Part shown: positions 62,841 through 64,000 of the stretch, in pieces | Position numbering within the stretch: the stretch's first letter is position 1 | How the letters are laid out: the number at the start of each line of letters is the position of its first letter | Source: Rhizophagus irregularis | Lineage: Eukaryota | Direction: 5' to 3' | DNA: 64,000 nt | NCBI RefSeq assembly: GCF_026210795.1 | Contig: NC_089429.1 | Coordinates: 4,712,001-4,776,000, forward strand | Position numbers and translations under genes: made by a program | The notes under the pieces: generated by a model | What the model saw: the letters and a program-made list of their open reading frames with translations, nothing else | Told to the model about the DNA's origin: nothing | Databases searched by the model: none

Positions 62841-63800
62841 CCTTACGAAAAAAATTCTTTAAAATAAACTAATAATTTTGATATACTTAAAATATATTTA
62901 AATACACTTTAATACATTTTAAGTGTAAAAAATTTACACTTAAAAGTATACTTAAAATTTTTAAGTATAATTTAAGAGTATATAGTAAATCGGTACGGTA
63001 TGATTTAGTGTAAAGGTACGATCAATTTGTACGAATGGGCATGATGTTAATCATATTATTGGCTTAATATTGTTACGAATTACGATTGATAACAATTATG
63101 AAAATTTGACAAATAAATCGAATAGCAATACTTAAGGCTAAAAGATGTGCAACTTAAAAAAATTGAACAAGAAATGAACAAATAAATAAAATTATATTTA
63201 ATATGATTCTATAATTATTATGTTTCAGGAAAATTTTATAAATTTAGAATTTTAGATAGAAAGGTTTGCATGTTTAAAAAATAAGTACAAGTTCGTAAAA
63301 TCAAATAAATAAATTTACATAATAAAGTAAATTTGTCAATTTTTGTTGAAGTACAATTGGTTGGAATTATTATTCTTTTCAATATTTCAATTAATTGCTT
63401 CATCAAAATTATGTAAAAGTCAATATTTAAAATATTTATTACCTTTTAAGTTTATAGTCATCTTTAATTATTTCAGATGGACAAATCCAGCTATTAGTTA
63501 GATATAATTTGAACATCCCTTTTAATTAATAATCAGGCTTACGTTATTACTATCTTTATACATTTGGTTTCGTACCATACTTGTAGTAATATATATACGG
63601 CAAAACAGGTACGGTATGATCATCTCAGCAAATAAATTATTATACCGGTAATTATTAATATCATATCTGTAAACAAACAAGCATACCAGTTACACCATAT
63701 CATACCAAATAATAATTTAAGGGTGAAAATCACCGCCGGTGATATTTAATACTATTTTAAAGTATACAAGTACATTTTAAGTATATTTTATTTCATAGGG
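62841..63800. mobile_element. Non-autonomous CMC/EnSpm-like element (CCC...GGG-type ends) in a BTB-SPRY promoter
   Basis: Left end CCTTACGAAA...ATATACTTAAAAT versus right end ATTTTAAGTATATTTTTATTTCATAGGG. TG on both sides; the flanks rejoin into the family upstream sequence. Confidence 0.55.
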
Positions 63801-63923
63801 TGTGACATCATAATACAAGTGTACAACATTGTACAGAATATATAAATACTGGGTGGGCCCATTATAATCCAAAATAAGATTTATTATTACTTATTTTTTG
63901 AAAAAAAAAAAAATTCCGAAAAA

Positions 63924-64000
63924 ATGACAAGAGGGTATTCATTAGAACAAGATTTTGGATTATTAGTAAATAATCCAAAGTACAGTGATGTAGAAATTTT
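63924..64000 (+). CDS. BTB/POZ-SPRY gene, 5' end (runs off window)
   Basis: MTRGYSLEQDFGLLVNNPKYSDVEI. Confidence 0.85.
   Translation, partial: MTRGYSLEQDFGLLVNNPKYSDVEI

Overview
AT-rich eukaryotic DNA with introns, most likely from an arbuscular mycorrhizal fungus (Glomeromycotina, Rhizophagus-like). That assignment is inferred from the Crinkler-type gene, the tyrosine-kinase-like kinase and the BTB-SPRY expansion. The backbone is a tandem array of intronless BTB/POZ-SPRY genes: six intact, one cut by the right edge, and many relics. Interspersed are an F-box/PP2-like gene, a secreted subtilisin, a kinase and a small orphan gene. The most unusual item is the right end of a compact mobile element (1-3896). 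It combines a retroelement Gag plus aspartic protease with a convergent Polinton/Maverick-type integrase-chromodomain gene, a small Zn-ribbon gene and a structured terminus ending in CA; no reverse transcriptase is visible in the window. About 9 kb away is a decayed Polinton-type protein-primed DNA polymerase B next to a Crinkler pseudogene. A U6 snRNA core fragment is interrupted by an A-tailed insertion with a 15-bp target-site duplication. There are also tandem micro-exon/intron arrays and several MITE-like elements. All family calls are by-eye motif recognition; no searches were run.
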